Part shown: one piece after another, positions 30,122-34,867 of the stretch
Layout of the letters: each line of letters begins with the position of its first letter
Position numbering within the stretch: the first letter of the stretch is position 1
DNA from: Stramenopiles sp. TOSAG23-3
Lineage: Eukaryota
Length of the DNA: 34,867 nt
NCBI GenBank assembly: GCA_900128585.1
Contig: LT642201.1
Coordinates: 1 to 34,867 of the forward strand
Direction of reading: 5' to 3'
Position numbers and translations under genes: made by a program
The notes under the pieces: model-generated
The model's input: the letters and a program-made list of their open reading frames with translations, nothing else
What the model was told of the DNA's origin: nothing
The model's database searches: none

Positions 30122-33100
30122 ATGCTTCCTTCAGGCTGGACAGTCATCAGTTCAGGGCCACCTCCCATAACAGCAACGGTCTTGGTAGAAGAAGAAATAG
30201 ACGATGCAGATACAATCACATGGAGAAGCACCGCGTCCTTTTATATCAACGGCAAACTGCACACTCTTGCAGATGATGTATCGCCACGCTTGACATTGGC
30301 GCAATATTTACGAGAAAATGTTGGATTAACAGGAACAAAGATCGGTTGCAATGAAGGCGGTTGCGGCGCATGCACAGTTGTTTTGTCCTTCAACGAACCT
30401 TCCGAAGAAGGCGAGGACGTTCCGAAAACCGTCGTTGTTAATTCATGCTTGCGACCTATTGCCAGTTGTGATGGAATGTCAATCACTACCGTTGAAGGGA
30501 TTGGGAGTAAACGGAAGGGGTTGCATCCTATCCAAGAGCGGATCGTCAAGGCCAACGGTACCCAGTGCGGTTTCTGCACCCCCGGGTTTGTTACCAGTAT
30601 GTATGGCTTTCTGCAAAAGAATCCTACTAACCCAAAAAAAACATCTTCCGCCACCTCACCGCCATCTGTGGGAGACATCCAGGACCATTTTGACGGTCAT
30701 ATTTGCCGCTGTACAGGCTATCGTCCTATTTTGGCAGCGATGAGTTCCTTTGCTGTGCCATCGGAAGAGAAAGGGAACCCGAATTCTTGCTCAAAGCACT
30801 GTTGCGTCGACATTGAGGATCTGTGTCGAACAGTGCCGTACGACGGGGAGGAAAGTTTTCCTCGCCCAAGCAATGCATCTAGCTCGCTGCTCCCGTTGCA
30901 TTTATCCAGCGAAACTTGTGATTGGTATTGCCCTTTGACCCTGGCGCAAGTCACTGAGATTTACAAGGCTGCCAAAGATCCAAATGATGTTCAATTGATA
31001 AATGGGAATACTGCGTCGGGGATTTTAAAATATTACGATGGGAGTGTATACGGCGAAAAAGTACCTGCCCCGTTGTCATCTACCGTAATAGAAGTGCGTC
31101 TGGTCAAAGAAATGAACGGTTCTGCAGTAAACAGTGATGGAAGCATTGCATTGGGAGGATCGCGGAGTTTGGAAGAGTTGATCGGATTGTTGAAACAGAC
31201 TGGGGTCAACGATAAAGGGCACATGCAAATGGCGAACCATATCGAACGAGTGGCGAACCATCAGGTGCGATCAGTAGGTGGTTGGGCAGGTAATTTGTGC
31301 TTTGCAAAAGAGTACAACACATTTCCAAGCGACATTGCATTGCTACTTGTTGGCGCTGGGGCAATGGTGCAGACAATTTCACCATGGGATGGAGAGGAGG
31401 CGAACATAACCGTCGAATCTTTTTTAAGCAGCCCAGATAGTCGCGAAAAACCGTTGTTGCTCGTCTCCTTGACCATACCCCCATTGAACGGAGAGGGGCA
31501 GGCATACTGTTCCTACAAACTAGCTGCCCGTCGCCAAAATTCTCATGCAACAATTAACGTTGTCTCCAATATTCGAGCAGGGTCGTCGTTTGCGTTCGTG
31601 TACCATGTTGAAAATCTTGCCGGGCCTGTGCACGCAACGACGATGGAAGCATACATCAATGCGCACGGCACGTATGACCAAGACTGTTTGACAGCGTCGC
31701 TGAGTTGCTTGCAAACAGACATGAAAAATTCAGGCGTCCAAGAATCCTCGCCTGAGTTTTTGCAATGCCAATCGTGCCTGTACAAAGTCTTCATGTCCCT
31801 TCAGTCTCGTTTGGACCCCGCCCTTCGAAGCGGGGTAGAGTGGGAATTGCCACGCAACCCGAGCAAAGGCACAGAACTATACCCCGACCCCGAGTCTCCA
31901 GAATTGCCCGTCTCAAAAGCCATTCCAAAGCTTTCTGCTGCTTTACAAACGACGGGGGAAGCGAAATATACTAATGATGTGGCCACAGAAAGTGCTCACG
32001 AAGGTCTGCTCTACGGTGCACTGGTGAAAAGCACGGTTCCTTTGGCACTGCTGAAAGCAATCGATACTTCCGTCATTTTGGGAAAGCTGCCTGGTGTCAT
32101 AGACGTGATCACTGCTGCGGACATTCCCGGGAGCAACAACATAAATATTTTGAAAGAAGATGAGTTTGTATTCACTCCAATTGATGGGAAGATTGAATGT
32201 TGCGGGCAAGCCTTGGCATGTGTCTTGGCCGATTCACAGCGCCACGCTTGTGCCGGGGCGCTTGCTTTGCAAGCGTCGGGGATCACATACAATCCTGTGC
32301 CATCGGAAAAGCCCATACTAACTTTAGAAGAAGCCATCGAGCAAAAGAATTTCTTTGATTTGCCGAGCGGTGCGCCGTTTGCGATGTCAAAAGGAAATCC
32401 TGACATCGATAAGGCCTTGGATTCGGCCCCGCACAAATTATCAGGGACTGTCCACTGCGCCTCGGAGAAACATTTTTACATGGAAACGCAGCGAGCGTTT
32501 GTGAAGCCGGCGGAAGATGGAGAAGGCCTGGAGGTTCTAGCAAGCACCCAAGATTTGGACACAACGCAAAAAACGGTCGCGCAGGTAATGAAACTTCCGT
32601 ATAACCAAGTAGTGGGAAAGATGATACGGGCTGGCGGTGGGTTTGGTGGGAAATCGTCGAGGCAATTGCCCGTGGTTTGTGCTGCTGCAGTTGCAGCCGC
32701 CAAACATCAAACTCCAGTGAAAGTAGTAAACGAGCGCGTGGATGATATGATCATGGTCGCTGGTCGAGAACGTGCCAAAGTGGACTATACAGTCGGTTTC
32801 GATGATAATGGCAAGATTCTTGCGTTCAAAGAGGAGTTTTACATGGACGCAGGGTTCACTGATCGCGAGAGCCAAGGTGATCTGAACATGGCATGTTACA
32901 TGGCAGACAATGCGTACAATATACCGAATTGGGCCTCCCAAGGTTTTTTGTTGAAAACGAACAATTCGACGCACTGCTCGATGCGGGCGCCCGGGGTTGT
33001 TCACAGCATCCACGTGATGGAACGCGTTTTGGAAAGCATAGCAGACTATTTGCCAAATCTTCAACCTTCACAGGTGCGTTCCACAAACTTTTACCAAGCG

Positions 33101-34171
33101 GGTGACAAAACTCCATACGCTCAACCGTTGGTGGAGACACCAACATTGGAACGAACCTGGACCGAAGTGCAAACTTCTGCTGGGTTTGAAACGTTGCAAG
33201 CGTCGGTTGCCAGCTTCAATAAAGCCAATCGATGGCGAAAGCGAGGGGTGGCGTTGATACCCGTTAAATATGGAATGCAACAACAAGGTTTTAACATGGA
33301 AGCAACCGTTCACGTGTACCCTGATGGGTCCATCACACTTGTTCATGGCGGCATGGAAATTGGGCAAGGCATAAACACTAAAGTTGCTCAATGCTGTGCA
33401 TACGCATTGTCGGCCCCGTTGGAAAATGTGCGTGTAGCTAATCCATCGACGGTAAAAATTTCTTCCTCTGGAAACACTGGTGGGTCGGCCACGTCGGAAT
33501 GTTCTTGTGCCGCTGTGATGATTGCATGCAAAGTTATTGTTTCCCGACTTGCCCCGTACAAAAGTAAATACAACACGTGGGCTGCAATTATTGCTGCAGC
33601 TTCGAACGACAATGTGATGCTGTCCGCCTCTGGACAATATAGCCCGACGCCCTACGAGGGCCACAAGTACCGTTATTTTGTGTGGGGTTCGAGCATTTCC
33701 GTAGTAGAATTGGATGTTTTAACTGGCGAGACGGAGATCTTACTTTCTAGCTTGGTTTACGATTGCGGGGTATCGTTAAATCCTGCCATCGATATTGGCC
33801 AAGTAGAGGGCGCGTTTGTTTTCGGCATAGGCACATTTCTTATGGAAGAAGTTTTAATGGACGAAAACGGCATCTTGCTTACTAACGGTACATGGGACTA
33901 CAAGCCACCAGCAAGTAAATCGATCCCAGTCGAATTCAACGTGAAATTTTTGGAAAATTCAAACAACCCAAGCGGAATTCTCTCCAGCAAAGCGACAGGC
34001 GAGCCGCCCTATTCTTTCGCCAATAGCGTGTACTTTGCCCTTCGCCGATGCATCAATGCCGCACGCTTGGATGCCGGGCTGAAACTTGGGTACGATTTGG
34101 ACATTCCCGCAACGCAGAAGCGTATCGTAGCCGCTCTGGCGGTCGATCCGATCAAAGACTTTCAATTGTGA
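30122..34171 (+). CDS. Molybdo-flavoenzyme of the xanthine dehydrogenase/aldehyde oxidase family, probably aldehyde oxidase-type
   Basis: 2Fe-2S motifs GCNEGGCGACTV, QCGFCTPG and CRCTGYRPI. FAD domain ANHQVRSVGGWAGN. Moco domain HFYMETQ, GGGFGGK, MRAPG, GQVEGAF and SKATGEPP. Confidence 0.93.
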   Translation: MLPSGWTVISSGPPPITATVLVEEEIDDADTITWRSTASFYINGKLHTLADDVSPRLTLAQYLRENVGLTGTKIGCNEGGCGACTVVLSFNEPSEEGEDVPKTVVVNSCLRPIASCDGMSITTVEGIGSKRKGLHPIQERIVKANGTQCGFCTPGFVTSMYGFLQKNPTNPKKTSSATSPPSVGDIQDHFDGHICRCTGYRPILAAMSSFAVPSEEKGNPNSCSKHCCVDIEDLCRTVPYDGEESFPRPSNASSSLLPLHLSSETCDWYCPLTLAQVTEIYKAAKDPNDVQLINGNTASGILKYYDGSVYGEKVPAPLSSTVIEVRLVKEMNGSAVNSDGSIALGGSRSLEELIGLLKQTGVNDKGHMQMANHIERVANHQVRSVGGWAGNLCFAKEYNTFPSDIALLLVGAGAMVQTISPWDGEEANITVESFLSSPDSREKPLLLVSLTIPPLNGEGQAYCSYKLAARRQNSHATINVVSNIRAGSSFAFVYHVENLAGPVHATTMEAYINAHGTYDQDCLTASLSCLQTDMKNSGVQESSPEFLQCQSCLYKVFMSLQSRLDPALRSGVEWELPRNPSKGTELYPDPESPELPVSKAIPKLSAALQTTGEAKYTNDVATESAHEGLLYGALVKSTVPLALLKAIDTSVILGKLPGVIDVITAADIPGSNNINILKEDEFVFTPIDGKIECCGQALACVLADSQRHACAGALALQASGITYNPVPSEKPILTLEEAIEQKNFFDLPSGAPFAMSKGNPDIDKALDSAPHKLSGTVHCASEKHFYMETQRAFVKPAEDGEGLEVLASTQDLDTTQKTVAQVMKLPYNQVVGKMIRAGGGFGGKSSRQLPVVCAAAVAAAKHQTPVKVVNERVDDMIMVAGRERAKVDYTVGFDDNGKILAFKEEFYMDAGFTDRESQGDLNMACYMADNAYNIPNWASQGFLLKTNNSTHCSMRAPGVVHSIHVMERVLESIADYLPNLQPSQVRSTNFYQAGDKTPYAQPLVETPTLERTWTEVQTSAGFETLQASVASFNKANRWRKRGVALIPVKYGMQQQGFNMEATVHVYPDGSITLVHGGMEIGQGINTKVAQCCAYALSAPLENVRVANPSTVKISSSGNTGGSATSECSCAAVMIACKVIVSRLAPYKSKYNTWAAIIAAASNDNVMLSASGQYSPTPYEGHKYRYFVWGSSISVVELDVLTGETEILLSSLVYDCGVSLNPAIDIGQVEGAFVFGIGTFLMEEVLMDENGILLTNGTWDYKPPASKSIPVEFNVKFLENSNNPSGILSSKATGEPPYSFANSVYFALRRCINAARLDAGLKLGYDLDIPATQKRIVAALAVDPIKDFQL

Positions 34172-34867
34172 TGTTTAGACGAACGGATAAGCATGACTCA
34201 GCTGTGTCGTATTTTTAGAATATTAAACTTTAAATTATTATCAGTAGATAAAAAACTGCAAATAACTCAGATTTTAATGGATATTTAGTAAATAGGCGAT
34301 AATAACTACATTTATTAGTATACTATACAATGATTCCATTATTTTTTCAACGCGAGACTTTTGACGAGAGCAAGGATGCAAGTATCTTTGGCGCGGAATT
34401 GAAAACTGGGAAAGAACTTTACGTTAACTATTTCAAACGAAGAGATCTTTATGAAAAAAGAATAATTTTTACTATTCTAAACCGTCAAACGTCTTTTTAG
34501 ATACACAAAACTGTGCGTCTAGGACTCATCTTTCCATATCCTAAAAAGAAACAAGTGCTTGTTTGGGTGGGGTTTGGTACAAATCGTCCATTTCACATAA
34601 AACTGTCCCTAGGAACCACATTTCCAAGTCAATTGAAGGCAAACAATTTATAAACGTTCGTTGACGGTCGCATTTATAAAGCGGAACGTTTGCATGATGT
34701 AAACTTATGCAATTAGGCATCCCCTTTGCTTTAATTTGTCGTTATCGCTAAAATTGCTTCCATACTTTGAAATTCGAGTCGGATTTTTTTTCGCGCCAAG
34801 GACACTGAACACTTTATTAAACAGGTGTCTACGATGGCATTTTACTTAAAGAAAAACAACGACGGTC

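Noticed and set aside
34330-34867. Moderately coding-like composition after the aldehyde oxidase (56-aa ORF from 34330, then stops)
   Set aside because: The frames I translated on both strands are interrupted by stops and no motif was recognised. It could be a decayed gene but is unsupported.

Overview
Gene-dense eukaryotic DNA, probably from a compact-genome protist; a stramenopile is my inference, not proven. It contains about 15 apparently intronless ORFs of moderate to high GC, separated by very AT-rich spacers with (GAA)n/(CTT)n tracts, and one 23-N gap. Recognisable genes are PUS1, VPS4, CHMP1/Did2, a GH18 chitinase-like enzyme ending in ADEL, a GT10 fucosyltransferase, DCC1, a kinesin and a molybdo-flavo aldehyde oxidase/XDH-family enzyme. 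Less familiar genes are two related multi-pass membrane LRR proteins, a 7TM protein, a TPR plus degenerate prolyl-hydroxylase-like protein, a soluble MRH-domain protein, a small secreted protein and a small 2TM protein. One LRR protein carries a Frizzled-type Cys-rich domain and the other ends in a Notch LNR-type repeat; an orphan LNR-like fragment lies near the gap. The strongest leads are this modular TM-LRR receptor family, the VPS4/CHMP1 neighbourhood with a CxxC-x25-CxxC insertion in VPS4, and the putative PHD-like pseudo-enzyme. No rRNA, tRNA, CRISPR array or transposase was recognised. All domain calls come from motif recognition by eye, not from searches.
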